Both the position numbers and the translations under genes were made by a program. The notes under the pieces were generated by a model. That model ran no database searches. It was given only the letters and a program-made list of their open reading frames with translations, and was not told the origin of the DNA. From Sulfurimonas sp. (GTDB lineage: Bacteria > Campylobacterota > Campylobacteria > Campylobacterales > Sulfurimonadaceae), in assembly GCF_016744025.1 (NCBI RefSeq), contig NZ_JADGFC010000001.1:16028-80027 (forward strand): 64,000 nucleotides of DNA. The letters are read 5' to 3'. Within the stretch, counting starts at the first letter, position 1. Every line of letters begins with the position of its first letter. Of this stretch, positions 27,145 through 37,480 are shown one piece after another.

Positions 27145-27223
27145 AGGGTATGTTACCTAAAAAAGTAAAATCTTTTAAGCTATAATGACAAAAAAATAGC
27201 ACTTATTCGCAAAAGATTAAATA

Positions 27224-28087
27224 TTGAAAAATTCTCATTTTACCTACCTTCTTATTTTAGCAATGTTTCTATGGGGTGGCGGATGGAGTGCTCTAAAAAT
27301 TCTAACTTATGAGACACCTATAGATGTCATAATATTTTGGCGTTTTTTTCTTATGAGTATCTCCTTTATTCCTATTCTTTACTTTATGAAAGTACCTCTA
27401 ACTCTAAACCGTTCTAGTGCAAAGTTTGTAGTATCTAGTTCTGTATTAAATTTATCATTCATGGTTTTTTCTTTTCTAGGGGTACAGTATGGTTTTGCAG
27501 GAAGTGGTGGAGTTATTATCCCAACTCTTGCACCAATTATGACTTTTTTATTTGTTTGCATAATCTTTAAAACTAAACTATATGCTTCTCAATATATTGG
27601 ACTCTTTATTGGTCTTGTTGGTGGAGTGATTATACTTCAACTAAATGATTTTAGTCTCTTTATGCACAGCTCTAATATCTATTTTGTACTTTGTGCACTT
27701 ATCTGGGCTGGAATCACTCTACTATCTCAATATTCCAATAAACATATTCATCCAGTTCACTATAGTTTTTATATATCAGTAGTTGCTTCACTAGCTTCAT
27801 TTATTTACGCTTTTAACAGTGATTTAATGAGTGTATTTGAGCAAGGTGCAAAGTTTTGGATAGCTATGATTTTCTTGTCCATTTTAGCTCAAACAGTAGC
27901 TACAACTATTTTCTTTATATCTTCAGCAAAACTAGGCAGTCAAAAAACAAGTTCATTTATGTTTTTAGTCCCTCTATTCTCTCTATTAATTGCGTGGGTT
28001 GTGTTAGACGAAGCTATACATACACACATCCTTATTGGTGGTTCGCTTAGTCTTATTGCCGTGTATTTTATAAACAAAAAAACTTAA
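27224..28087 (+). CDS. DMT-superfamily (EamA-like) transporter
   Basis: 10 predicted TM helices in two similar halves. TTG start. Confidence 0.8.
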   Translation: MKNSHFTYLLILAMFLWGGGWSALKILTYETPIDVIIFWRFFLMSISFIPILYFMKVPLTLNRSSAKFVVSSSVLNLSFMVFSFLGVQYGFAGSGGVIIPTLAPIMTFLFVCIIFKTKLYASQYIGLFIGLVGGVIILQLNDFSLFMHSSNIYFVLCALIWAGITLLSQYSNKHIHPVHYSFYISVVASLASFIYAFNSDLMSVFEQGAKFWIAMIFLSILAQTVATTIFFISSAKLGSQKTSSFMFLVPLFSLLIAWVVLDEAIHTHILIGGSLSLIAVYFINKKT

Positions 28088-28096
28088 TAGAATTTT

Positions 28097-28120
28097 AATA
28101 TTACTTGTAGTAATATTTTT
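28097..28120 (+). terminator. AT-rich intrinsic terminator after the DMT transporter gene
   Basis: AATATTACT-tgt-AGTAATATT: perfect 9-bp stem followed by TTT. Confidence 0.45.
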
Positions 28121-28148
28121 CATTACCAAACTTTATACAAAGGTTCTT

Positions 28149-29333
28149 ATGAAAACTGCTTTAATTATTGGAGGTGGCTTCGCTGGTCTTGAAGCTGCTA
28201 TCTTTTTAAGAAAATCAAATTATGATGTTACTCTAGTTAGCGAAAGAGATTATTTCTTTATTTACCCAACCTCTATTTGGATTCCAACAAGAGAACAAAA
28301 ATTTGATGATATTTGTATAGATTTAAACAAACTAAAAGAAGTACATGGATTTAATCTAATAGTAGATTCACTTGAAGTGATAGATGCCAAAGAGAATTCA
28401 TATACTCTAAGTAGTGGAACTATCCTAAAAGATTATGACCATGTAATATTAGCAATGGGTGCTTCGAAAATGAAGCATAATGGAATACAAAATACACTTT
28501 CAATTTGTGGTGCACCAGAACAATCCCTAAAAATTCGTGATTCAATAGATGCCCTTATAGAAAAAGGAAGTGGTAAAATCTGCTTTGGTTTTGGAGGAAA
28601 TCCGAAAGACAGTTCTGCTGTTCGAGGAGGTCCTGCATTTGAGTTACTTTTTAATACTCACCATCTTTTGAATAAAAAAGGCATTAGAGATAATTTTGAA
28701 TTAACATTTTTTGCTCCGATGGCTGAACCTGGAAAAAGAATGGGTAAGCAAGCTCTTAAGATGATGGCTGAATTTTTCAAAAAATTAGATATAAAACAGG
28801 AATTTGGCAAAAAAATAAAAACATTTGAAAATGATTCTATTATATTTGAAGATGACTCAAGACTTGAATCTGACTTTACAATGTTTATAGCTGCTGGAGA
28901 TGGTCACGATGTAGTTAAGAAATCAAACTTACCAACTAATGAAGCTGGATTTATAAAGATAAATGACTACTGTAATGTTGTATTTGAAGATCCTAATATG
29001 CCTAGTAATATCTACGCTATCGGTGATGTAGCTGCTTTAGAAGGAGCAGATTGGAGAGCAAAACAAGGTCATGTAGCAGAGGTAATGGCAAGAAATGTTG
29101 CTTTTAATATTGAGCAAAAAGACAAGGGGCTTTGGGATTTTAAAGGTTACCAAGAGCATATCAATATTCTTTGTGTTATGGACAGCGGAAATGGTGCTTC
29201 ATTTATATATAGAGATAGTAAAAGAGCTCTTATGATTCCACTTCCATTTATTGGTCACTGGCTAAAAAAAGGATGGGGTTCGTATTTTAAGTTATCTAAA
29301 CTAAATAAAATACCTAGAATCCCAGGTCTTTAA
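28149..29333 (+). CDS. FAD-dependent pyridine nucleotide-disulfide oxidoreductase (SQR / NDH-2-like)
   Basis: ALIIGGGFAGLEAA dinucleotide fold. Second fold around KICFGFGG and IYAIGDVAAL near the C-terminal third. Confidence 0.7.
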   Translation: MKTALIIGGGFAGLEAAIFLRKSNYDVTLVSERDYFFIYPTSIWIPTREQKFDDICIDLNKLKEVHGFNLIVDSLEVIDAKENSYTLSSGTILKDYDHVILAMGASKMKHNGIQNTLSICGAPEQSLKIRDSIDALIEKGSGKICFGFGGNPKDSSAVRGGPAFELLFNTHHLLNKKGIRDNFELTFFAPMAEPGKRMGKQALKMMAEFFKKLDIKQEFGKKIKTFENDSIIFEDDSRLESDFTMFIAAGDGHDVVKKSNLPTNEAGFIKINDYCNVVFEDPNMPSNIYAIGDVAALEGADWRAKQGHVAEVMARNVAFNIEQKDKGLWDFKGYQEHINILCVMDSGNGASFIYRDSKRALMIPLPFIGHWLKKGWGSYFKLSKLNKIPRIPGL

Positions 29334-29457
29334 TTAGCTTCACACTTAATTTACACTTTTTACTTTTATAATATGAGTCAAGAAAGAGAACTATAGGACT
29401 TTATGTCCACATGAAGTATACTTTCTTTCCGGTCACTTCCCTTAAATTTCAAAGCAT

Positions 29458-29498
29458 TGCCGCATAACTTACCCCTTTAGGTTGCGGCACTACTTTTT
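29458..29498 (+). terminator. Rho-independent terminator (+ orientation)
   Basis: TGCCGCA ... TGCGGCA: 7-bp GC-rich stem followed by CTACTTTTT. Confidence 0.55.
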
Positions 29499-30546
29499 AG
29501 TTTTCACTATTTATCTTTTCTCTTCTTTTTTGTTTCATTTTTGTTTTTGCAAGTTCTCTCATATCTTCTGTAGTATCACTTTCATCAACTATTTCAACAC
29601 CTAATATTGTTTCAACACAGTCTTCTAAGGTAATGATTCCTTCTGTTTGATCGTAGTTGTCAATAACTAAGAACATATGATCTTTTTTAGATATAAATAA
29701 GTCTAGAGCCTTAGAAACAGGAATATTTTCATTTATAGAAAAAATCTCTTTTTTTATTGAACCTACAGTTACGCTATCGTCTTTAAGAGCTTGCTTGAAA
29801 ATCTTTTTAGTTAAAACAATTCCGATAACCTCTTCTATAGAACCTTTATAAACTGGAATACGAGAGAATTTAAAGATAGATAGTTGCGTCTCTATGACTT
29901 CTTTTATTGTCATATTTTCATCAAGGGCAAAAACAACGCTTCTTGGAGTTAAGACCTCTCCAACTTTTATCTTATTAAGATTTAGAATATTTTCTATAAA
30001 ATCAGACTCTTTTTCATCAATAACACCATCATCTTCACTAAGAAGCATACTATGGAGTAACTCTTCTTTAGTTAAGCTGTTTGCATCTTTTTTACCCTTG
30101 GATATCCTATTTGTTACGAAAAGGGTACTTAATATAATTGGGTATGTAATAAAAATGAATATTCTAATAACTCTTGTTGATAATGGAGCTAACTGTTTCC
30201 AATAAATTGCACCAATTGTTTTTGGAATAATTTCTGATAGAAATAAGATTGCAAATGTTAAAACGATAGAAACATAAACAACTGCATCATTTCCAAAGAT
30301 AATAGAAGCTTGAGCACCAACGGCTGCTGCACCTAAAGTATTTGCGATAGTGTTTAAGATTAAAATTGAAGCTATAGACTTGTTTATATTTTGTTTATGA
30401 GATCTTAAATATGCTCCCACTCTTGGTCTCTCTTTTTCTAACACAGAAACATAAGACATGTTCACTGATAAAAGTACTGACTCTAAAATTGAGCATAAAA
30501 ATGAAACACTCACCGACAATACAAAAAATAGTATTAATAAATCCAT
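29497..30546 (-). CDS. CNNM/DUF21 + CBS-pair membrane protein (CorC/TlyC-like divalent cation efflux family)
   Basis: Four N-terminal TM helices, then tandem CBS-like segments. Encoded directly downstream of mgtE. Confidence 0.8.
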   Translation of the reverse strand: MDLLILFFVLSVSVSFLCSILESVLLSVNMSYVSVLEKERPRVGAYLRSHKQNINKSIASILILNTIANTLGAAAVGAQASIIFGNDAVVYVSIVLTFAILFLSEIIPKTIGAIYWKQLAPLSTRVIRIFIFITYPIILSTLFVTNRISKGKKDANSLTKEELLHSMLLSEDDGVIDEKESDFIENILNLNKIKVGEVLTPRSVVFALDENMTIKEVIETQLSIFKFSRIPVYKGSIEEVIGIVLTKKIFKQALKDDSVTVGSIKKEIFSINENIPVSKALDLFISKKDHMFLVIDNYDQTEGIITLEDCVETILGVEIVDESDTTEDMRELAKTKMKQKRREKINSEN

Positions 30547-30562
30547 TAAGTTTTAAAATTCC

Positions 30563-31891
30563 TTATAATAGTATATATGTTGCTAGGCCTAAAAAACTTA
30601 AGAAGCCTATAACATCTGTAACTGTTGTTAAAATAACCGTGCTACCTATAGCAGGGTCTATATCCATTCTCTTTAAAAAGAGTGGAATTGTTGCACCAAA
30701 AAAACCAGCCATCAAAAGGTTTATTACCATACTTAGTGCAATTACCACCCCAAGCATTCCCTTATCAAACCATACTGCTGCTACTATTCCCATAATTATA
30801 GCAAATAAGATTCCATTAGCTAGAGATAAGGTAACTTCTTTTTTTATAATCCTCGTTGCATCTCCTTGAGAGATGTCTCCAAGTGCTAATTGTCTAACAA
30901 CAACAGTAAGACTTTGAGTTCCAGCATTTCCACCCATAGAGGCAACTATTGGCATTAAAACTGCAAGAGCTACCATACTCTCTAGAGTATCTGAGAACAT
31001 GCTAATTACTAAAGATGCAGCAATAGCTGTAAAAAGGTTTAAAGAAAGCCAAGTAGCGCGCTTTCGCCCTGCTTTTATTATCTCATCATCTTCTTCTGCA
31101 TCATCATCAAGACCTGCAAGATTATACATTTGTTCTGTTGCATGTTCATTAATAATATCATATATATCATCTGATGTAATTCTACCAAGTAAGATGCCAT
31201 ATGCATTTACAATAGGCATAACAGGGAGATCATACTCTTCAAAAACGTGAACGACTTCTTTTATATCATCTGTATCTATTGCCTTTTTAGGTTCAAAACT
31301 ATCACCGCTTAATTCAATATTTTCAAAGAGTGTTTTTTCAAAATCAAATATAAGAAGATCATCTAATCCTACTGTGTAACGCAACTTGTTATCACTGCCC
31401 GTAATAAATAAATTTTGAACATTTTCAAGCTCATTTGCACGTCTTAATGAAGCAAATCTTTTGATAACTTCTTGAACTGTTTCATCTATATAAGCAGTAA
31501 AAACCTCAAACTGCATATATGCACCAGCTTCATCTTCATCATAAGTTTGAAGCTTTGTTATCTCTTGCTTATCTTCTTCATCTAGAGTATCAAAAACTTG
31601 AGAGGCTACGCTTTCATCAACTTCTTCAAGCTCTTGCATAAACTCTAGTTGATCATCTGATTCAAGCTCTGTTACGGCATGAGAAAGTTCATCAACACTA
31701 AGAGATTCTACTATATCGTCAAAGTATCTATCAGGAAGAGCTAGGGCTACAGCACCAACAAGATCTTTTGGAACCAGTTTAATGGTTTTGGCAAACTCAC
31801 TATCATCTAGTTGTTTTAATATTTTGGCAATATCTGATGGGTGAATCTCACTAAGTTCGTGAGAATTTAAGTATTCTTGTAACTTGTTCAT
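30563..31891 (-). CDS. mgtE: Magnesium transporter MgtE
   Basis: Acidic N-domain, CBS pair, C-terminal 5-TM domain with ...GNAGTQS... and ...DPA.GS... motifs. Confidence 0.92.
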   Translation of the reverse strand: MNKLQEYLNSHELSEIHPSDIAKILKQLDDSEFAKTIKLVPKDLVGAVALALPDRYFDDIVESLSVDELSHAVTELESDDQLEFMQELEEVDESVASQVFDTLDEEDKQEITKLQTYDEDEAGAYMQFEVFTAYIDETVQEVIKRFASLRRANELENVQNLFITGSDNKLRYTVGLDDLLIFDFEKTLFENIELSGDSFEPKKAIDTDDIKEVVHVFEEYDLPVMPIVNAYGILLGRITSDDIYDIINEHATEQMYNLAGLDDDAEEDDEIIKAGRKRATWLSLNLFTAIAASLVISMFSDTLESMVALAVLMPIVASMGGNAGTQSLTVVVRQLALGDISQGDATRIIKKEVTLSLANGILFAIIMGIVAAVWFDKGMLGVVIALSMVINLLMAGFFGATIPLFLKRMDIDPAIGSTVILTTVTDVIGFLSFLGLATYILL

Positions 31892-32067
31892 ATTATTGCA
31901 ATTATACCCTAGATATATTACTTAATTAATACAATAGCATAAATAGCCAATACGCCGATGTTTCAAATAGTTATAAATAACGTAATTAAATTTCGTAAAG
32001 TTTATACTTATAATTACTATAAAAGAGTAGTAATGTATAATATGTCTTCATAAAAGGATAATAGATA

Positions 32068-32328
32068 ATGGTAAGTATACAAGATTTAAAGGGAAAAATT
32101 ATTGAAGGTTTAAACCTTGAGGATATTAGTGCTGATGAAATTGAAGATGATATGGCACTTTTTGGTGACGAAGGACTAGGCCTTGATTCTGTAGATGCAA
32201 TTGAGCTAACACTTATTTTAGAAAAAGAGTTTGGAGTTAAAGTGACAAATATGGCTGAAGCTGAGAACATATTTGCGTCTTGTACATCTCTTACTTCATA
32301 CATAAATGAGCAACTAAAAGTTGACTAA
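32068..32328 (+). CDS. Acyl carrier protein (cluster ACP 1)
   Basis: 86 aa. Phosphopantetheine attachment motif GLGLDSVDAIEL. Confidence 0.85.
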   Translation: MVSIQDLKGKIIEGLNLEDISADEIEDDMALFGDEGLGLDSVDAIELTLILEKEFGVKVTNMAEAENIFASCTSLTSYINEQLKVD

Positions 32329-33424
32329 GACATACATAACTGCTACTTCTTTACGGAGTGCATCTGGGGCAACACAAGATTCAATATATGATGTATTCAA
32401 CAAAAAAAGTGCTTTATGTGTTTATGACGACATTATACATGAGAAAAAAATTTGCATAGGAAAGTTTAAAAAAGATTTTACTTTTAATGAACTTCTTATA
32501 CAAAGTGTTCAAGAAGTTTTGGGTGCTTCTAATCTAAAAGATTTTTCAAGTACACTCTTACTAGTTGGTTCATCAGTTGGTGGAATGGCAACAACAGAAA
32601 AAATTCTATTTAAAGAAAACAATTACGAAAAAATCAATCCACAAAAACATAGTATCAATGTTATAGCTTCTACCTTAGATAATCAATTTAATTTTTTAGC
32701 AAATCGTTCATATTCTACAGCTTGTACATCCAGTGCAAATGCTTTAAAAACTGCAAAAGATCTTATATCTTTAAAAGCATATGAAAATATTTTAATAATT
32801 GGTGCCGATGAGATATGCTCAACAACTATCTTTGGGTTCAGTTCTTTAGGTATTTTATCAGATGAGATATGTACCCCTTTTAAACAAGATAGAAAAGGGA
32901 TGAATGTAGCAGAGGGTATTGGAGTACTTCTACTACAAAATAAACCTAATAAAAACTCAATTGAGCTTTGTGGTGCTGGAGCTAGTAGCGATGCTTATCA
33001 TATCGCAAATCCAGATCCAACTTCCGCTGGAGCAATATCTGCTATAAAAAAAGCACTTATAGATGCCAATATAGACGCTTCTCAGATTAACTATATAAAC
33101 GCTCATGGGACAGGAACACAGGCAAACGATGAATCTGAAGCAAATGCAATTATAGATATTTTCGGTACTGATGTAGCCGTTAGTTCATCTAAATCAAATT
33201 TGGGACATACTCTTGGTGCTGCTGGAGCAATAGAAGCAATTATATGCGCAGAAGCTTTAAAAAGACAGATCTTTCCTCCTCAACTTGACTGTACGCAAAA
33301 AGAAAAAGAGATTAACCTAGTTGCAGAGCCAAAAGAGTCAAAGATAAATTACGTACTAAGTAACTCTTTTGCTTTTGGCGGTAATAATGTTTCTCTTGTT
33401 TTTGGAGTTTATAATGAAAATTAA
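32321..33424 (+). CDS. Beta-ketoacyl-ACP synthase (type II KS, set 1)
   Basis: Active-site Cys in STACTSSANAL. His motifs NAHGTGTQAND and LGHTLGAAG. C-terminal FAFGGNN. Confidence 0.85.
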   Translation: MTKTYITATSLRSASGATQDSIYDVFNKKSALCVYDDIIHEKKICIGKFKKDFTFNELLIQSVQEVLGASNLKDFSSTLLLVGSSVGGMATTEKILFKENNYEKINPQKHSINVIASTLDNQFNFLANRSYSTACTSSANALKTAKDLISLKAYENILIIGADEICSTTIFGFSSLGILSDEICTPFKQDRKGMNVAEGIGVLLLQNKPNKNSIELCGAGASSDAYHIANPDPTSAGAISAIKKALIDANIDASQINYINAHGTGTQANDESEANAIIDIFGTDVAVSSSKSNLGHTLGAAGAIEAIICAEALKRQIFPPQLDCTQKEKEINLVAEPKESKINYVLSNSFAFGGNNVSLVFGVYNEN

Positions 33425-34055
33425 CGTAGAAATTATTAAAAAAGCTCTTATTCATCATCCTCTTCAAATTGAAAAATTAAATGAAAAAGAACTTGTTAAA
33501 AAAATGATGATAAGACGTAGGCTAAGTCGAAATTCTAAAATATTGGTCTACCTTGCTAATGAATGTGAGTTTAAAACTGGGCGAGTAATTTATGGTAGTG
33601 CTTATGGTGAACTAGGTGATAGTGTTAAAATTTTAGAAGCTATAAATGCTAAAGAAATGGTAAGTCCTACTACTTTTCAAAACTCTGTTTATAATACTGC
33701 TCCATCTTATCACTCTATCGTTGAGGGAAATACAGATGAGATAACAACTATTTCATCTGGGGATAATACTTCATATACTGTTATGCAAGAAGGAGCCCTA
33801 GCTCTACATAAGTGTGATGAAGTATTTGTTTGTACAGCAGAGGCAATGAACTTTGATGGAGTTGATATTTTAAATAAATGCAAAAATGAGCTTGAATACG
33901 GTGTTGCTTTTGTAATTAAAAAAGCAGTAGATGAAGCAAATATAATTGTTAAAAGCGACTCTAGAATAGGTGTCCCAAAATCTATAGAGTGGATGCAAAA
34001 CTTATATGATTTATGTGAGAGTAATGATAGATGCATCATAGAGGTTGAATTATGA
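33414..34055 (+). CDS. KS-partner / chain-length-factor-like protein (no active-site Cys)
   Basis: Start overlaps the KS stop. 213 aa. Same position and size as Cys-less KS-beta partners of aryl-polyene clusters. Confidence 0.5.
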   Translation: MKINVEIIKKALIHHPLQIEKLNEKELVKKMMIRRRLSRNSKILVYLANECEFKTGRVIYGSAYGELGDSVKILEAINAKEMVSPTTFQNSVYNTAPSYHSIVEGNTDEITTISSGDNTSYTVMQEGALALHKCDEVFVCTAEAMNFDGVDILNKCKNELEYGVAFVIKKAVDEANIIVKSDSRIGVPKSIEWMQNLYDLCESNDRCIIEVEL

Positions 34056-34402
34056 TAAAACTAAATTTACCACATCAAGCACCCGTAAGATTTGCAAAAT
34101 ATATTATTTCAAAAGATGAAACTTCGGCTATTGTTAGAGCTGAGTTTGAGTCTTTACCATCTCTAGCTATGTTAGTTGAAGCGGCAGCACAGAGCAGTGC
34201 TGCATTTAGTGATGGTAAAGGGAAAATGGGATTTTTAGTAACCCTAAAGAATGTTAAACTTATACAAGAAGCAAAAGTTTTAAAGTATGATATTACAGTC
34301 ACTTATCAACATGCACTAGAAGCACTAACATATTTTAGTTTTGAAGTAAACGATGATAATACACTTGTAGCATCTGGTGTTTTTGTTATCGCTTTGCAGT
34401 GA
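34052..34402 (+). CDS. Hot-dog-fold 3-hydroxyacyl-ACP dehydratase-like protein
   Basis: 116 aa. N-terminal LPHQAPVRFAKYI resembles the LPH..P...(V/I) entry motif of FabZ-like/APE dehydratases. 4-nt overlap with the upstream gene. Confidence 0.45.
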   Translation: MIKLNLPHQAPVRFAKYIISKDETSAIVRAEFESLPSLAMLVEAAAQSSAAFSDGKGKMGFLVTLKNVKLIQEAKVLKYDITVTYQHALEALTYFSFEVNDDNTLVASGVFVIALQ

Positions 34403-34476
34403 TTTAATCTACTTCTCACATTAAGCAACATAGAAGAATATTTTAATTAATATACTGATAAAAATAAGGAAAAAAA

Positions 34477-35022
34477 ATGAAAAGAATCATATCTATAATA
34501 AGTTTACTATTAACGACATTTGTATTAATAGGTTGTGGAGCAGCAAAATTGTCCCCAGCTCAACAAGAACTGGTTAAATCTAATGCTACTATGTATACTA
34601 AGGTATCTATGTGGACAGAAAAAAATAGGGTTTATGGAACTAACTATTCAAGAGGTTTACACATTCCAATAAATACTGAAGTTAAAATTTTAGCTGTATC
34701 TTCAAAAGTTATAACATTTGAATACATGGGTTCTAAAATAAACTATTATGTATATACAAAATATACCAAAGTTGATGCTGCTGGAACTTTAGATAGATTA
34801 TTCTCTAAAACTAAAGTAGATTTATCAATGTATTCTGAAGATACTCTACAAAATATATTAGATGGAAAAATTGTTGTTGGAATGACAAAAGAAGAAGTGG
34901 TTTTATCTCGCGGATACCCTCCATTTCACGCAACAATATCTTTAAAAGCAGATGTATGGAAATATTGGAATAATAGATTTCAGACAATTGAAGTTAGGTT
35001 TGAAGACAATAAAGTTATATAA
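34477..35022 (+). CDS. Lipoprotein with BamE/SmpA-OmlA-like C-terminal domain (paralog of 46099..46698)
   Basis: Lipobox LIGC. GMTKEEVVLSRGYPP...VWKYW. Collinear similarity to 46099..46698. Confidence 0.6.
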   Translation: MKRIISIISLLLTTFVLIGCGAAKLSPAQQELVKSNATMYTKVSMWTEKNRVYGTNYSRGLHIPINTEVKILAVSSKVITFEYMGSKINYYVYTKYTKVDAAGTLDRLFSKTKVDLSMYSEDTLQNILDGKIVVGMTKEEVVLSRGYPPFHATISLKADVWKYWNNRFQTIEVRFEDNKVI

Positions 35023-35062
35023 ATTATTGGTGACATTACTTAATACTTGAAGTGCTACATAG

Positions 35063-35087
35063 TGTAAGGCTAGTTTTTAGCCTTACA
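35063..35087. terminator. Hairpin between convergent genes
   Basis: TGTAAGGCTA-gtttt-TAGCCTTACA: perfect 10-bp stem overlapping the stop codon of the methyltransferase gene. Confidence 0.5.
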
Positions 35088-36134
35088 TATCATTAGTGTG
35101 TGCCCAAATCCAAGACCATTAATCTCTTCTTCAACTTCAAGTCCAGCTTCATCAACAAACTTTGACATTTCACTAGCTCTATACATCTTACTAGTACCAT
35201 TTGCTAATGCGCTAAAATATGGTGATGTATTTATTAGACAATAAGATCCTATTTCATGAGTTTGCCTATCCCAAAAAGGTTCTACTATATAAACTCGGCC
35301 ATCTTTATTTAATGCTTCTTTAGAACGTTTTAATAAAGCTATAATATCTTTTGGAGCAAAACAATCTAAAAACTGACTCATCCAAACACCATCAAAATCT
35401 TTAGGAAAGTCTATTGTATGATCAAGTAAATTTATAGCCTTACCATTTACTCTATCACCTACACCTTTTAAATCAGCATTTTGCATAGCAACATCTATCT
35501 GTCCCTGATGATCTAATATTGTAACAGTTGTAGATGGAGATGCTGTGGTTAATGCTATTGACCATTTTCCAGTATTTCCACCTGGTTCAAGAAGTTTTTT
35601 TATTCCGCGCTTACTCATAATATCTACTAATTTTACAAATGCCGCATCTGAGTAAAAGTGATCAAAACCAAACCAACTTTTTTTTGCTTTGGGAGGTAGT
35701 TTTGAAAGTATAGGATAAATCGTTTCTTCTTTAGAAAATGTTTGATGAAGACCTGATGGTTTTTGAGATTTAAGTGCTTCATCGAGGAAGAAAAGACCTT
35801 GATAATTGACATCATGATTAAAATCCATATTGACTTTTGTCATCTCATCATTAAGTAAAAAGTAGCCTATTTTTGTAAGAGTGTATATATCCCCTTCTAA
35901 TTTAAGAGCCCCCATACTAAAACCTGATTCACATAAAATTTGTGCAGCATATAGAGTCAAACCTAGTTTTTCACTTATAATTTCTACACTAAAGCCATTT
36001 TTATTATCTTCTAAAAGTTTAAAAACACCCCAATCACGTAATAGTCTCGCTGATTGGAAAACAACTGCTCCAAAAGCAATCTTTTGAGCTTCTAGTAGGG
36101 CTTCTGCGCCATTACGTTGAGTGTCATCAAACAT
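35070..36134 (-). CDS. SAM-dependent O-methyltransferase (class I, family-2-like with N-terminal dimerisation/winged-helix region)
   Basis: SAM motif I LLEPGGNTGKWS, then acidic ILD and later DGVWMSQFLDCF post-motifs. Confidence 0.7.
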   Translation of the reverse strand: MFDDTQRNGAEALLEAQKIAFGAVVFQSARLLRDWGVFKLLEDNKNGFSVEIISEKLGLTLYAAQILCESGFSMGALKLEGDIYTLTKIGYFLLNDEMTKVNMDFNHDVNYQGLFFLDEALKSQKPSGLHQTFSKEETIYPILSKLPPKAKKSWFGFDHFYSDAAFVKLVDIMSKRGIKKLLEPGGNTGKWSIALTTASPSTTVTILDHQGQIDVAMQNADLKGVGDRVNGKAINLLDHTIDFPKDFDGVWMSQFLDCFAPKDIIALLKRSKEALNKDGRVYIVEPFWDRQTHEIGSYCLINTSPYFSALANGTSKMYRASEMSKFVDEAGLEVEEEINGLGFGHTLMICKAKN

Positions 36135-36334
36135 TATTTAGCTTCAGATGTTTTGTTATCATCTTTTTTTTCATTTTTCTCATAAGTTTTTGTAGATTCT
36201 TTAAAATCTTCTTTACCTTCATTCCATCTTTTTGATGTACCGTCTTTAACATTATGCCAATTTGTTTTAAACTCTTTTTTTGTACAACCCGTAACAAAGA
36301 CTAATGTAACTAACAATATTAAAAAATATTTCAT
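36134..36334 (-). CDS. Small K/E-rich lipoprotein
   Basis: Lipobox VTGC. 66 aa. Stop overlaps the methyltransferase start (TAATG). Confidence 0.45.
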   Translation of the reverse strand: MKYFLILLVTLVFVTGCTKKEFKTNWHNVKDGTSKRWNEGKEDFKESTKTYEKNEKKDDNKTSEAK

Positions 36335-36503
36335 GATTTACCTTTATTGAATATTGCTGATTGTACTAAATCTTTGTTTATTTTTAGCATAATCAAGGTA
36401 AAATACTCTCCATATTTAGTATAAATAAAAATATTATATAACTTTTATTATAGTAAAATTTATGAAGATGACATACAACTTATCAAGGTGACCCAAAATA
36501 ACT

Positions 36504-36797
36504 ATGATGCATAAGCAACTATATAATATAGATTTTAAAGATGACAACAGTGCTATAATAACTCTTTGCGATGAAAATCATCCAATATTTAAAGCCCACT
36601 TTCCATCCCAACCAATACTCCCAGGTTTTATTCATTTTGAAATAATATCTGATATTTTCCAACTAGATATTACTACAATCAAAAAAGCAAAATTTACTAA
36701 AGTCATATCACCTTCTCAGACAATCAAGTATGAAAAAAACAATAACAAATTTAAAGTATTTTGCCAAGATGCAGAGGTAGCAAGTTTTAGCCTATGA
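36504..36797 (+). CDS. FabA/FabZ-like hot-dog dehydratase
   Basis: 97 aa with catalytic-His motif HFPSQPILPGFIHFE. Confidence 0.65.
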   Translation: MMHKQLYNIDFKDDNSAIITLCDENHPIFKAHFPSQPILPGFIHFEIISDIFQLDITTIKKAKFTKVISPSQTIKYEKNNNKFKVFCQDAEVASFSL

Positions 36798-37480
36798 ATT
36801 TTTGTATAGTTATTCCCGTTTACAACTCCCCATATATTAGAGAAGTTATCCAAGATGTTTTAAGCTATAACTACAAAGTTGTGGTAGTAGATGATGGTTC
36901 TTCAACACCTATAGATGTGCAAGAATTAGATATAGAGTTAGTTACTCATTCTTCTAATATGGGCAAAGGTGAGGCCATTTTAAGTGGTGCAAAAAAAGCA
37001 AAAGAGTTAGGTTTCAACTCATTTGTCAGCGTAGATGCAGACAAACAGCATCTAAGCTCACAGATTCAAAAACTAACAGATGCTTACGAAGATGAAACTA
37101 TTGTAATAGGAAACCGAGATTTCGAGCAAGAGAATATTCCTAATAGTTCAAAATTTGGTAGAAAATTTAGCAACTTCTGGGTTATGCTAGAGACTCTCAA
37201 AGCTTTAGGCGATACGCAGAGCGGTTTTAGAATGTACCCTGTTTCTATTTTAGACCTGCCCCTTACAAATCGACGTTTTGATTTTGAAGTAGAGATTTTA
37301 GTCCATCATTCATATAGAGGTGCAAAGATTAAAGATGTAGAAGTTGAGTGCTACTATCCACCGCACGAGGAGAGAGTTTCTCACTTTGACAAGCTTTGGG
37401 ACAATGTACACATAACTCTTCTTCACATAAAATTGCTTATGCAAAGATATCTTTTACTTAGAGGCTGGTTGTGGAGATAA
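36794..37480 (+). CDS. Family 2 glycosyltransferase
   Basis: VIPVYNS...VVVVDDGS...VSVDADKQH motifs. Confidence 0.8.
   Translation: MNFCIVIPVYNSPYIREVIQDVLSYNYKVVVVDDGSSTPIDVQELDIELVTHSSNMGKGEAILSGAKKAKELGFNSFVSVDADKQHLSSQIQKLTDAYEDETIVIGNRDFEQENIPNSSKFGRKFSNFWVMLETLKALGDTQSGFRMYPVSILDLPLTNRRFDFEVEILVHHSYRGAKIKDVEVECYYPPHEERVSHFDKLWDNVHITLLHIKLLMQRYLLLRGWLWR

Noticed and set aside
29894-31250. Plus-strand ORFs 29894..30205, 30411..30869 and 30999..31250
   Set aside because: All lie antisense within the strongly supported CorC-like and mgtE genes. Their S/I-rich composition mirrors the sense-strand codons.
31892-32067. Possible M-box (Mg2+) riboswitch in the mgtE leader
   Set aside because: The 176-bp region upstream of mgtE (minus strand) is almost pure A/T, with no GC-supported helices or conserved M-box blocks that I can recognise.
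31986-32303. 105-aa minus-strand ORF overlapping the first ACP
   Set aside because: It is antisense to an ACP gene with an intact DSVD motif. The serine-run composition comes from reading GA-rich acidic codons backwards.
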